Positions 50,701-64,000 of a DNA stretch of 64,000 bases are shown here, one piece after another. A program made the position numbers and the translations under genes. Location of the stretch: positions 369,024,001 through 369,088,000 of the forward strand of contig OZ024741.1 of assembly GCA_964016885.1 (NCBI GenBank), given 5' to 3'. This DNA comes from Eledone cirrhosa (taxonomy: Eukaryota). Position 1 is the first letter of the stretch. The number at the start of each line of letters is the position of its first letter. The notes under the pieces are model-generated. The model was not told the origin of the DNA and made no database searches. It saw only the letters and a program-made list of their open reading frames with translations.

Positions 50701-53700
50701 AGTAACATAGAGGAAACTAAATACTGGGCTTTGTCTGGTACCAACCTCATCACTGCAGTGGCCACAGTACCAGACACCACTGCCAGTAACATAGAGGAAA
50801 CTAAATACTGGGCTTTGTCTGGTACCAACCTCATCACTGCAGTGGCCACAGTACCAGACACCACTGCCAGTAACATAGAGGAAACTAAATACTGGGAGTT
50901 GTCTGGTACCAACCTCATCACTGCAGTGGCCACAGTACCAGACACCACTGCCAGTAACATAGAGGAAACTAAATACTGGGCTTTGTCTGGTACCAACCTC
51001 ATCACTGCAGTGGCCACAATACCAGACACCACTGCCAGTAACATTGAGGAAACTAAATACTGGGCTTTGTCTGGTACCAACCTCATCACTGCAGTGGCCA
51101 CAATACCAGACACCACTGCCAGTAACATAGAGGAAACTAAATACTGGGCATTGTCTGGTACCAACCTCATCACTGCAGTGGTCACAGTACCAGACACCAC
51201 TGCCAGTAACATAGAGGAAACTAAATACTGGGCTTTGTCTGGTACCAACCTCATCACTGCAGTGGCCACAGTACCAGACACCACTGCCAGTAACATAGAG
51301 GAAACTAAATACTGGGCTTTGTCTGGTACCAACCTCATCACTGCAGTGGCCACAATACCAGAGAACACTGCCCGTAACATAGAGGAAACTAAATACTGGG
51401 CATTGTCTGGTACCAACCTCATCAATGCAGTGGCCACAGTACCAGACACCACTGCCAGTAACATAGAGGAAACTAAATACTGGGCTTTGTCTGGTACCAA
51501 CCTCATCACTGCAGTGGCCACAATACCAGAGAACACTGCCCGTAACATAGAGGAAACTAAATACTGGGCTTTGTCTGGTACCAACCTCATCACTGCAGTG
51601 GCCACAGTACCAGACACCACTGCCAGTAACATAGAGGAAACTAATTACTGGGCTTTGTCTAGTACCAACCTCATCACTGCAGTGGTCACAGTACCAGACA
51701 CCACTGCCTCTAACATAGAGGAAACTAAATACTGGGCATTGTCTGGTACCAACCTCATCACAGCAGTGGCCACAGTACCAGACACCACTGCCAGTAACAT
51801 AGAGGAAAATAAATACTGGGCTTTGTCTGGTACCAACCTCATCACTGCAGTGGCCACAGTACCAGACACCACTGCCAGTAACTTAGAGGAAACTAAATAC
51901 TGGGCTTTGTCTGGTACCAACCTCATCACTGCAGTGGCCACAGTACCAGACACCACTGCCAGTAACATAGAGGAAACTAAATACTGGGCTTTGTCTGGTA
52001 CCAACCTCATCACTGCAGTGGCCACAGTACCAAACACCACTGCCAGTAACATAGAGGAAACTAAATACTGGGCTTTGTCTGGTACCAACCTCATCACTGC
52101 AATGGCCACAATACCAGACACCACTGCCAGTAACATAGAGGAAACTAAATACTGGGCTTTGTCTGGTACCAACCTCATCACTGCAGTGGCCACAATACCA
52201 GACACCACTGCCAGTAACATAGAGGAAACTAAATACTGGGCGTTGTCTGGTACCAACCTCATCACTGCAGTGGCCACAGTACCAGACACCACTGCCTCTA
52301 ACATAGAGGAAACTAAATACTGGGCGTTGTCTGGTACCAACCTCATCACTGCAGTGCCCACAGTACCAGACACCACTGCCTCTAACATAGAGGAAACTAA
52401 ATACTGGGCTTTGTCTGGTACCAACCTCATCACTGCAGTGGTCACAGTACCAGACACCACTGCCTGTAACATAGAGGAAACTAAATACTGGGCTTTGTCT
52501 GGTACCAACCTCATCACTGCAGTGGCCACAGTACCAGACACCACTGCCTGTAACATAGAGGAAACTAAATACTGGGCTTTGTCTAGTACCAACCTCATCA
52601 TTGCAGGGGCCACAGTACCAGACACCACTGCCTCTAACATAGAGGAAACTAAATACTGGGCGTTGTCTGGTACCAACCTCATCACTGCAGTGGTCACAGT
52701 ACCAGACACCACTGCCTCTAACATAGAGGAAACTAAATACTGGGCTTTGTCTGGTACCAACCTCATCACTGCAGTGGCCACAGTACCAAACACCACTGCC
52801 AGTAACATAGAGGAAACTAAATACTGGGCGTTGTCTGGTACCAACCTCATCACTGCAGTGGCCACAATACCAAACACCACTGCCAGTAACATAGAGGAAA
52901 CTAAATACTGGGATTTGTCTGGTACCAACCTCATCACTGCAGTTGCCACAGTACCAGACACCACTGCCAGTAACATAGAGGAAACTAAATACTGGGCTTT
53001 GTCTGGTACCAACCTCATCACTGCAGTGGCCACAGTACCAGACACCACTGCCAGTAACATAGAGGAAACTAAATACTGGGCTTTGTCTGGTACCAACCTC
53101 ATCACTGCAGTGGCCACAGTACCAGACACCACTGCCAGTAACATAGAGGAAACTAAATACTGGGCTTTGTCTGGTACCAACCTCATCACTGCAGTGGCCA
53201 CAATACCAGACACCACTGCCAGTAACATAGAGGAAACTAAATACTGGGCTTTGTCTGGTACCAACCTCATCACTGCAATGGCCATAATACCAGACACCAC
53301 TGCCAGTAACATAGAGGAAACTAAATACTGGGCTTTGTCTGGTACCAACCTCATCACTGCAGTGGCCACAATACCAGACACCACTGCCAGTAACATAGAG
53401 GAAACTAAATACTGGGCGTTGTCTGGTACCAACCTCATCACTGCAGTGGCCACAGTACAAGACACCACTGCCAGTAACATAGAGGAAACTAAATACTGGG
53501 CGTTGTCTGGTACCAACCTCATCACTGCAGTGGCCACAGTACCAGACACCACTGCCTCTAACATAGAGGAAACTAAATACTGGGCGTTGTCTGGTACCAA
53601 CCTCATCACTGCAGTGGCCACAGTACCAGACACCACTGCCTGTAACATAGAGGAAACTAAATACTGGGCTTTGTCTGGTACCAACCTCATCACTGCAGTG

Positions 53701-56700
53701 GTCACAGTACCAGACACCACTGCCTGTAACATAGAGGAAACTAAATACTGGGCTTTGTCTGGTACCAACCTCATCACTGCAGTGGCCACAGTACCAGACA
53801 CCACTGCCTGTAACATAGAGGAAACTAAATACTGGGCTTTGTCTAGTACCAACCTCATCATTGCAGTGGCCACAGTACCAGACACCACTGCCTCTAACAT
53901 AGAGGAAACTAAATACTGGGCGTTGTCTGGTACCAACCTCATCACTGCATTGGTCACAGTACCAGACACCACTGCCTCTAACATAAAGGAAACTAAATAC
54001 TGGGCGTTGTCTGGTACCAACCTCATCACTGCAGTGGCCACAATACCAGACACCACTGCCTGTAACATAGAGGAAACTAAATACTGGGCTTTGTCTGGTA
54101 CCAACCTCATCACTGCAGTGGTCACAGTACCAGACACCACTGCCTGTAACATAGAGGAAACTAAATACTGGGCTTTGTCTGGTACCAACCTCATCACTGC
54201 AGTGGCCACAGTACCAAACACCACTGCCAGTAACATAGAGGAAACTAAATACTGGGCTTTGTCTGGTACCAACCTCATCACTGCAGTGGCCACAGTACCA
54301 GACACCACTGCCAGTAACATAGAGGAAACTAAATACTGGGCTTTGTCTGGTACCAACCTCATCACTGCAGTGGCCACAGTACCAGACACCACTGCCAGTA
54401 ACATAGAGGAAACTAAATACTGGGCTTTGTCTGGTACCAACCTCATCACTGCAGTGGCCACAATACCAGACACCACTGCCAGTAACATAGAGGAAACTAA
54501 ATACTGGGCATTGTCTGGTACCAACCTCATCACTGCAGTGGTCACAGTACCAGACACCATTGCCAGTAACATAGAGGAAACTAAATACTGGGCTTTGTCT
54601 GGTACCAACCTCATCACTACAGTGGCCACAGTACCAGACACCACTGCCAGTAACATAGAGGAAACTAAATACTGGGCTTTGTCTGGTACCAACCTCATCA
54701 CTGCAGTGGCCACAATACCAGAGAACACTGCCAGTAACATAGAGGAAACTAATTACTGGGCTTTGTCTAGTACCAACCTCATCACTGCAGTGGTCACAGT
54801 ACCAGACACCACTGCCTCTAACATAGAGGAAACTAAATACCGGGCATTGTCTGGTACCAACCTCATCACTGCAGTGGCCACAGTACCAGACACCACTGCC
54901 AGTAACATAGAGGAAACTAAATACTGGGCTTTGTCTGGTACCAACCTCATCACTGCAGTGGCCACAGTACCAGACACCACTGCCAGTAACATAGAGGAAA
55001 CTAAATACTGGGAGTTGTCTGGTACCAACCTCATCACTGCAGTGGCCACAGTACCGGACACCACTGCCAGTAACATAGAGGAAACTAAATACTGGGCTTT
55101 ATCTGGTACCAACCTCATCACTGCAGTGGCCACAGTACCAGACACCACTGCCAGTAACATAGAGGAAACTAAATACTGGGAGTTGTCTGGTACCAACCTC
55201 ATCACTGCAGTGGCCACAGTACCAGACACCACTGCCAGTAACATAGAGGAAACTAAATACTGGGTTTTGTCTGGTACCAACCTCATCACTGCAGTGGCCA
55301 CAGTACCAGACACCACTGCCAGTAACATAGAGGAAACTAAATACTGGGCTTTGTCTGGTACCAACCTCATCACTGCAGTGGCCACAGTACCAAACACCAC
55401 TGCCAGTAACATAGAGGAAACTAAATACTGGGCTTTGTCTGGTACCAACCTCATCACTGCAATGGCCACAATACCAGACACCACTGCCAGTAACATAGAG
55501 GAAACTAAATACTGGGCTTTGTCTGGTACCAACCTCATCACTGCAGTGGCGACAATACCAGACACCACTGCCCGTAACATAGAGAAAACTAAATACTGGG
55601 CGTTGTCTGGTACCAACCTCATCACTGCAGTGGCCACAGTACAAGACACCACTGCCAGTAACATAGAGGAAACTAAATACTGGGCGTTGTCTGGTACCAA
55701 CCTCATCACTGCAGTGCCCACAGTACCAGACACCACTGCCTCTAACATAGAGGAAACTAAATACTGGGCGTTGTCTGGTACCAACCTCATCACTGCAGTG
55801 GCCACAGTACCAGACACCACTGCCAGTAACATAGAGGAAACTAAATACTGGGCATTGTCTGGTACCAACCTCATCACTGCAGTGGCCACAGTACCAGACA
55901 CCACTGCCAGTAACATAGAGGAAACTAAATACTGGGCTTTGTCTGGTACCAACCTCATCACTGCAGTGGCCACAGTACCAGACACCACTGCCAGTAACAT
56001 AGAGGAAACTAAATACTGGGCGTTGTCTGGTACCAACCTCATCACTGCAGTGGCCACAGTACCAGACACCACTGCCTCTAACATAGAGGAAACTAAATAC
56101 TGGGCGTTGTCTGGTACCAACCTCATCACTGCAATGGCCACAATACCAGACACCACTGCCAGTAACATAGAGGAAACTAAATACTGGGCTTTGTCTGGTA
56201 CCAACCTCATCACCGCAGTGGCCACAGTACCAGACACCACTGCCTGTAACATAGAGGAAACTAAATACTGGGCTTTGTCTGGTACCAACCTCATCACTGC
56301 AGTGGCCACAGTACCAGACACCACTGCCTGTAACATAGAGGAAACTAAATACTGGGCTTTGTCTAGTACCAACCTCATCATTGCAGGGGCCACAGTACCA
56401 GACACCACTGCCTCTAACATAGAGGAAACTAAATACTGGGCGTTGTCTGGTACCAACCTCATCACTGCAGTGGTCACAGTACCAGACACCACTGCCTCTA
56501 ACATAGAGGAAACTAAATACTGGGCTTTGTCTGGTACCAACCTCATCACTGCAGTGGTCACAGTACCAGACACCACTGCCTGTAACATAGAGGAAACTAA
56601 ATACTGGGCTTTGTCTGGTACCAACCTCATCACTGCAGTGGCCACAGTACCAGACACCACTGCCTGTAACATAGAGGAAACTAAATACTGGGCTTTGTCT

Positions 56701-59700
56701 AGTACCAACCTCATCATTGCAGGGGCCACAGTACCAGACACCACTGCCTCTAACATAGAGGAAACTAAATACTGGGCGTTGTCTGGTACCAACCTCATCA
56801 CTGCAGTGGTCACAGTACCAGACACCACTGCCTCTAACATAGAGGAAACTAAATACTGGGCTTTGTCTGGTACCAACCTCATCACTGCAGTGGCCACAGT
56901 ACCAAACACCACTGCCAGTAACATAGAGGAAACTAAATACTGGGCGTTGTCTGGTACCAACCTCATCACTGCAGTGGCCACAATACCAAACACCACTGCC
57001 AGTAACATAGAGGAAACTAAATACTGGGATTTGTCTGGTACCAACCTCATCACTGCAGTTGCCACAGTACCAGACACCACTGCCAGTAACATAGAGGAAA
57101 CTAAATACTGGGCTTTGTCTGGTACCAACCTCATCACTGCAGTGGCCACAGTACCAGACACCACTGCCAGTAACATAGAGGAAACTAAATACTGGGCTTT
57201 GTCTGGTACCAACCTCATCACTGCAGTGGCCACAGTACCAGACACCACTGCCAGTAACATAGAGGAAACTAAATACTGGGCTTTGTCTGGTACCAACCTC
57301 ATCACTGCAGTGGCCACAATACCAGACACCACTGCCAGTAACATAGAGGAAACTAAATACTGGGCTTTGTCTGGTACCAACCTCATCACTGCAATGGCCA
57401 TAATACCAGACACCACTGCCAGTAACATAGAGGAAACTAAATACTGGGCTTTGTCTGGTACCAACCTCATCACTGCAGTGGCCACAATACCAGACACCAC
57501 TGCCAGTAACATAGAGGAAACTAAATACTGGGCGTTGTCTGGTACCAACCTCATCACTGCAGTGGCCACAGTACAAGACACCACTGCCAGTAACATAGAG
57601 GAAACTAAATACTGGGCGTTGTCTGGTACCAACCTCATCACTGCAGTGGCCACAGTACCAGACACCACTGCCTCTAACATAGAGGAAACTAAATACTGGG
57701 CGTTGTCTGGTACCAACCTCATCACTGCAGTGGCCACAGTACCAGACACCACTGCCTGTAACATAGAGGAAACTAAATACTGGGCTTTGTCTGGTACCAA
57801 CCTCATCACTGCAGTGGTCACAGTACCAGACACCACTGCCTGTAACATAGAGGAAACTAAATACTGGGCTTTGTCTGGTACCAACCTCATCACTGCAGTG
57901 GCCACAGTACCAGACACCACTGCCTGTAACATAGAGGAAACTAAATACTGGGCTTTGTCTAGTACCAACCTCATCATTGCAGTGGCCACAGTACCAGACA
58001 CCACTGCCTCTAACATAGAGGAAACTAAATACTGGGCGTTGTCTGGTACCAACCTCATCACTGCATTGGTCACAGTACCAGACACCACTGCCTCTAACAT
58101 AAAGGAAACTAAATACTGGGCGTTGTCTGGTACCAACCTCATCACTGCAGTGGCCACAATACCAGACACCACTGCCTGTAACATAGAGGAAACTAAATAC
58201 TGGGCTTTGTCTGGTACCAACCTCATCACTGCAGTGGTCACAGTACCAGACACCACTGCCTGTAACATAGAGGAAACTAAATACTGGGCTTTGTCTGGTA
58301 CCAACCTCATCACTGCAGTGGCCACAGTACCAAACACCACTGCCAGTAACATAGAGGAAACTAAATACTGGGCTTTGTCTGGTACCAACCTCATCACTGC
58401 AGTGGCCACAGTACCAGACACCACTGCCAGTAACATAGAGGAAACTAAATACTGGGCTTTGTCTGGTACCAACCTCATCACTGCAGTGGCCACAGTACCA
58501 GACACCACTGCCAGTAACATAGAGGAAACTAAATACTGGGCTTTGTCTGGTACCAACCTCATCACTGCAGTGGCCACAATACCAGACACCACTGCCAGTA
58601 ACATAGAGGAAACTAAATACTGGGCATTGTCTGGTACCAACCTCATCACTGCAGTGGTCACAGTACCAGACACCATTGCCAGTAACATAGAGGAAACTAA
58701 ATACTGGGCTTTGTCTGGTACCAACCTCATCACTACAGTGGCCACAGTACCAGACACCACTGCCAGTAACATAGAGGAAACTAAATACTGGGCTTTGTCT
58801 GGTACCAACCTCATCACTGCAGTGGCCACAATACCAGAGAACACTGCCAGTAACATAGAGGAAACTAATTACTGGGCTTTGTCTAGTACCAACCTCATCA
58901 CTGCAGTGGTCACAGTACCAGACACCACTGCCTCTAACATAGAGGAAACTAAATACCGGGCATTGTCTGGTACCAACCTCATCACTGCAGTGGCCACAGT
59001 ACCAGACACCACTGCCAGTAACATAGAGGAAACTAAATACTGGGCTTTGTCTGGTACCAACCTCATCACTGCAGTGGCCACAGTACCAGACACCACTGCC
59101 AGTAACATAGAGGAAACTAAATACTGGGAGTTGTCTGGTACCAACCTCATCACTGCAGTGGCCACAGTACCGGACACCACTGCCAGTAACATAGAGGAAA
59201 CTAAATACTGGGCTTTATCTGGTACCAACCTCATCACTGCAGTGGCCACAGTACCAGACACCACTGCCAGTAACATAGAGGAAACTAAATACTGGGAGTT
59301 GTCTGGTACCAACCTCATCACTGCAGTGGCCACAGTACCAGACACCACTGCCAGTAACATAGAGGAAACTAAATACTGGGTTTTGTCTGGTACCAACCTC
59401 ATCACTGCAGTGGCCACAGTACCAGACACCACTGCCAGTAACATAGAGGAAACTAAATACTGGGCTTTGTCTGGTACCAACCTCATCACTGCAGTGGCCA
59501 CAGTACCAAACACCACTGCCAGTAACATAGAGGAAACTAAATACTGGGCTTTGTCTGGTACCAACCTCATCACTGCAATGGCCACAATACCAGACACCAC
59601 TGCCAGTAACATAGAGGAAACTAAATACTGGGCTTTGTCTGGTACCAACCTCATCACTGCAGTGGCGACAATACCAGACACCACTGCCCGTAACATAGAG

Positions 59701-62700
59701 AAAACTAAATACTGGGCGTTGTCTGGTACCAACCTCATCACTGCAGTGGCCACAGTACAAGACACCACTGCCAGTAACATAGAGGAAACTAAATACTGGG
59801 CGTTGTCTGGTACCAACCTCATCACTGCAGTGCCCACAGTACCAGACACCACTGCCTCTAACATAGAGGAAACTAAATACTGGGCGTTGTCTGGTACCAA
59901 CCTCATCACTGCAGTGGCCACAGTACCAGACACCACTGCCAGTAACATAGAGGAAACTAAATACTGGGCATTGTCTGGTACCAACCTCATCACTGCAGTG
60001 GCCACAGTACCAGACACCACTGCCAGTAACATAGAGGAAACTAAATACTGGGCTTTGTCTGGTACCAACCTCATCACTGCAGTGGCCACAGTACCAGACA
60101 CCACTGCCAGTAACATAGAGGAAACTAAATACTGGGCGTTGTCTGGTACCAACCTCATCACTGCAGTGGCCACAGTACCAGACACCACTGCCTCTAACAT
60201 AGAGGAAACTAAATACTGGGCGTTGTCTGGTACCAACCTCATCACTGCAATGGCCACAATACCAGACACCACTGCCAGTAACATAGAGGAAACTAAATAC
60301 TGGGCTTTGTCTGGTACCAACCTCATCACCGCAGTGGCCACAGTACCAGACACCATTGCCAGTAACATAGAGGAAACTAAATACTGGGCTTTGTCTGGTA
60401 CCAACCTCATCACTGCAGTGGCCACAGTACCAGACACCACTGCCAGTAACATAGAGGAAACTAAATACTGGGAGTTGTCTGGTACCAACCTCATCACTGC
60501 AGTGGCCGCAGTACCGGACACCACTGCCAGTAACATAGAGGAAACTAAATACTGGGCTTTGTCTGGTACCAACCTCATCACTGCAGTGGCCACAGTACCA
60601 GACACCACTGCCAGTAACATAGAGGAAACTAAATACTGGGCTTTGTCTGGTACCAACCTCATCACTGCAGTGGCCACAATACCAGACACCACTGCCAGTA
60701 ACATAGAGGAAACTAAATACTGGGCATTGTGTGGTACCAAACTCATCACTGCAGTGGTCACAGTACCAGACACCACTGCCAGTAACATAGAGGAAACTAA
60801 ATACTGGGCTTTGTCTGGTACCAACCTCATCACTGCAGTGGCCACAGTACCAAACACCACTGCCAGTAACATAGAGGAAACTAAATACTGGGCTTTGTCT
60901 GGTACCAACCTCATCACTGCAGTGGCCACAATACCAGAGAACACTGCCAGTAACATAGAGGAAACTAATTACTGGGCTTTGTCTAGTACCAACCTCATCA
61001 CTGCAGTGGTCACAGTACCAGACACCACTGCCTCTAACATAGAGGAAACTAAATACCGGGCATTGTCTGGTACCAACCTCATCACTGCAGTGGCCACAGT
61101 ACCAGACACCACTGCCAGTAACATAGAGAAAACTAAATACTGGGCTTTGTCTGGTACCAACCTCATCACTGCAGTGGCCACAGTACCAGACACCACTGCC
61201 AGTAACATAGAGGAAACTAAATACTGGGCTTTGTCTAGTACCAACCTCATCACTGCAGTGGCAACAGTACCAGACACCACTGCCAGTAACATAGAGGAAA
61301 CTAAATACTGGGAGTTGTCTGGTACCAACCTCAACACTGCAGTGGCCACAGTACCGGACACCACTGCCAGTAACATAGAGGAAACTAAATACTGGGCTTT
61401 ATCTGGTACCAACCTCATCACTGCAGTGGTCACAGTACCAGACACCACTGCCAGTAACATAGAGGAAACTAAATACTGGGAGTTGTCTGGTACCAACCTC
61501 ATCACTGCAGTGGCCACAGTACCAGACACCACTGCCAGTAACATAGAGGAAACTAAATACTGGGCTTTGTCTGGTACCAACCTCATCACTGCAGTGCCCA
61601 CAGTACCAGACACCACTGCCTCTAACATAGAGGAAACTAAATACTGGGCGTTGTCTGGTACCAACCTCATCACTGCAGTGGCCACAGTACCAGACACCAC
61701 TGCCAGTAACATAGAGGAAACTAAATACTGGGCATTGTCTGGTACCAACCTCATCACTGCAGTGGCCACAGTACCAGACACCACTGCCAGTAACATAGAG
61801 GAAACTAAATACTGGGCTTTGTCTGGTACCAACCTCATCACCGCAGTGGCCACAGTACCAGACACCACTGCCAGTAACATAGAGGAAACTAAATACTGGG
61901 CTTTGTCTGGTACCAACCTCATCACTGCAGTTGCCACAGTACCAGACACCATTGCCAGTAACATAGAGGAAACTAAATACTGGGCTTTGTCTGGTACCAA
62001 CCTCATCACTGCAGTGGCCACAGTACCAGACACCACTGCCAGTAACATAGAGGAAACTAAATACTGGGCTTTGTCTGGTACCAACCTCATCACTGCAGTG
62101 GTCACAGTACCAGACACCACTGCCAGTAACATAGAGGAAACTAAATACTGGGCTTTGTCTGGTACCAACCTCATCACTGCAGTGGTCACAGTACCAGACA
62201 CCACTGCCTGTAACATAGAGGAAACTAAATACTGGGCTTTGTCTGGTACCAACCTCATCACTGCAGTGGCCACAGTACCAGACACCACTGCCAGTAACAT
62301 AGAGGAAACTAAATACTGGGCTTTTTCTGGTACCAACCTCATCACTGCAGTGGCCACAATACCCGACACCACTGCCAGTAACATAGAGGAAACTAAATAC
62401 TTGGCATTGTCTGGTACCAACCTCATCACTGCAGTGGTCACAGTACCAGACACCACTGCCAGTAACATAGAGGAAACTAAATACTGGGCTTTGTCTGGTA
62501 CCAACCTCATCACTACAGTGGCCACAGTACCAGACACCACTGCCAGTAACATAGAGGAAACTAAATACTGGGCTTTGTCTGGTACCAACCTCATCACTGC
62601 AGTGGCCACAATACCAGAGAACACTGCCAGTAACATAGAGGAAACTAATTACTGGGCTTTGTCTAGTACCAACCTCATCACTGCAGTGGTCACAGTACCA

Positions 62701-64000
62701 GACACCACTGCCTCTAACATAGAGGAAACTAAATACCGGGCATTGTCTGGTACCAACCTCATCACTGCAGTGGCCACAGTACCAGACACCACTGCCAGTA
62801 ACATAGAGAAAACTAAATACTGGGCTTTGTCTGGTACCAACCTCATCACTGCAGTGGCCACAGTACCAGACACCACTGCCCGTAACATAGAGGAAACTAA
62901 ATACTGGGCTTTGTCTGGTACCAACCTCATCACTGCAGTGGCCACAATACCAGACACCACTGCCAGTAACATAGAGGAAACTAAATACTGGGCTTTGTCT
63001 GGTACCAACCTCATCACTGCAGTGGCCACAGTACCAGACACCACTGCCTGTAACATAGAGGAAACTAAATACTGGGCGTTGTCTGGTACCAACCTCATCA
63101 CTGCAGTGGTCACAGTACCAGACACCACTGCCTCTAACATAGAGGAAACTAAATACTGGGCGTTGTCTGGTACCAACCTCATCACTGCAGTGGCCACAAT
63201 ACCAGACACCACTGCCTGTAACATAGAGGAAACTAAATACTGGGCTTTGTCTGGTACCAACCTCATCACTGCAGTGGTCACAGTACCAGACACCACTGCC
63301 TGTAACATAGAGGAAACTAAATACTGGGCTTTGTCTGGTACCAACCTCATCACTGCAGTGGCCACAGTACCAAACACCACTGCCAGTAACATAGAGGAAA
63401 CTAAATACTGGGCGTTGTCTGGTACCAACCTCATCACTGCAGTGGCCACAATACCAAACACCACTGCCAGTAACATAGAGGAAACTAAATACTGGGCTTT
63501 GTCTGGTACCAACCTCATCACTGCAGTTGCCACAGTACCAGACACCACTGCCAGTAACATAGAGGAAACTAAATACTGGGCTTTGTCTGGTACCAACCTC
63601 ATCACTGCAGTGGCCACAGTACCAGACACCACTGCCAGTAACATAGAGGAAACTAAATACTGGGCTTTGTCTGGTACCAACCTCATCACTGCAGTGGCCA
63701 CAGTACCAGACACCACTGCCAGTAACATAGAGGAAACTAAATACTGGGCTTTGTCTGGTACCAACCTCATCACTGCAGTGGCCACAATACCAGACACCAC
63801 TGCCAGTAACATAGAGGAAACTAAATACTGGGCATTGTCTGGTACCAACCTCATCACTGCAGTGGTCTCAGTACCAGACACCACTGCCAGTAACATAGAG
63901 GAAACTAAATACTGGGCTTTATCTGGTACCAACCTCATCACTACAGTGGCCACAGTACCAGACACCACTGCCAGTAACATAGAGGAAACTAAATACTGGG
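47724..64000. repeat. 84-bp tandem satellite, ~194 units, continuing beyond the window
   Basis: Unit actgcagtggccacagtaccagacaccactgccagtaacatagaggaaactaaatactgggctttgtctggtaccaacctcatc. Confidence 0.99.

Noticed and set aside
47692-63980. Minus-strand ORFs (MLLAVVSG.., YCGHCSDEV..) as membrane or CxxC proteins
   Set aside because: Translations of a stop-free 84-bp unit, repeatedly broken by variant-generated stops
608-64000. CRISPR-like arrays
   Set aside because: All four arrays are head-to-tail repeats without unique spacers; no cas genes; eukaryotic context
47724-64000. Box C/D snoRNA or hammerhead array (GTGATGA on the minus strand of each unit)
   Set aside because: No CTGA box D and no CUGA/CGAAA hammerhead core in the unit

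Overview
AT-rich, repeat-saturated eukaryotic DNA with no recognisable intact host protein-coding gene. The SINE, LINE and MITE families and the (GAT)n tails resemble octopus/cephalopod repeats; this is from memory and not verified. Contents: (1) Many RTE-clade LINE fragments. Two young subfamilies (A, B) keep long open RT frames that carry a C4HC3 PHD-type zinc finger inserted inside the RT region; there are also older, Expander-like and BovB-like relics. (2) tRNA-derived SINEs, one borrowing the LINE-A 3' end. (3) A decayed Gypsy LTR retrotransposon with a CsRN1-type CHCC gag (38.8-44.0 kb) and three nested insertions, plus a separate solo LTR. (4) A pogo transposon relic and MITEs of piggyBac-like, hAT-like, Tigger-like, Merlin-like and fold-back types. 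(5) A minimal hammerhead-ribozyme core. (6) Four minisatellite arrays with 41, 38, 24 and 84 bp units; the 84-bp array is >16 kb, has higher-order structure and runs off the window end. The long ORFs in the ORF track over the arrays are best explained by stop-free repeat units. No CRISPR or prokaryotic system is present. Best novelty candidates: the PHD-in-RT RTE LINEs and their modular 3' UTR shared with SINEs.
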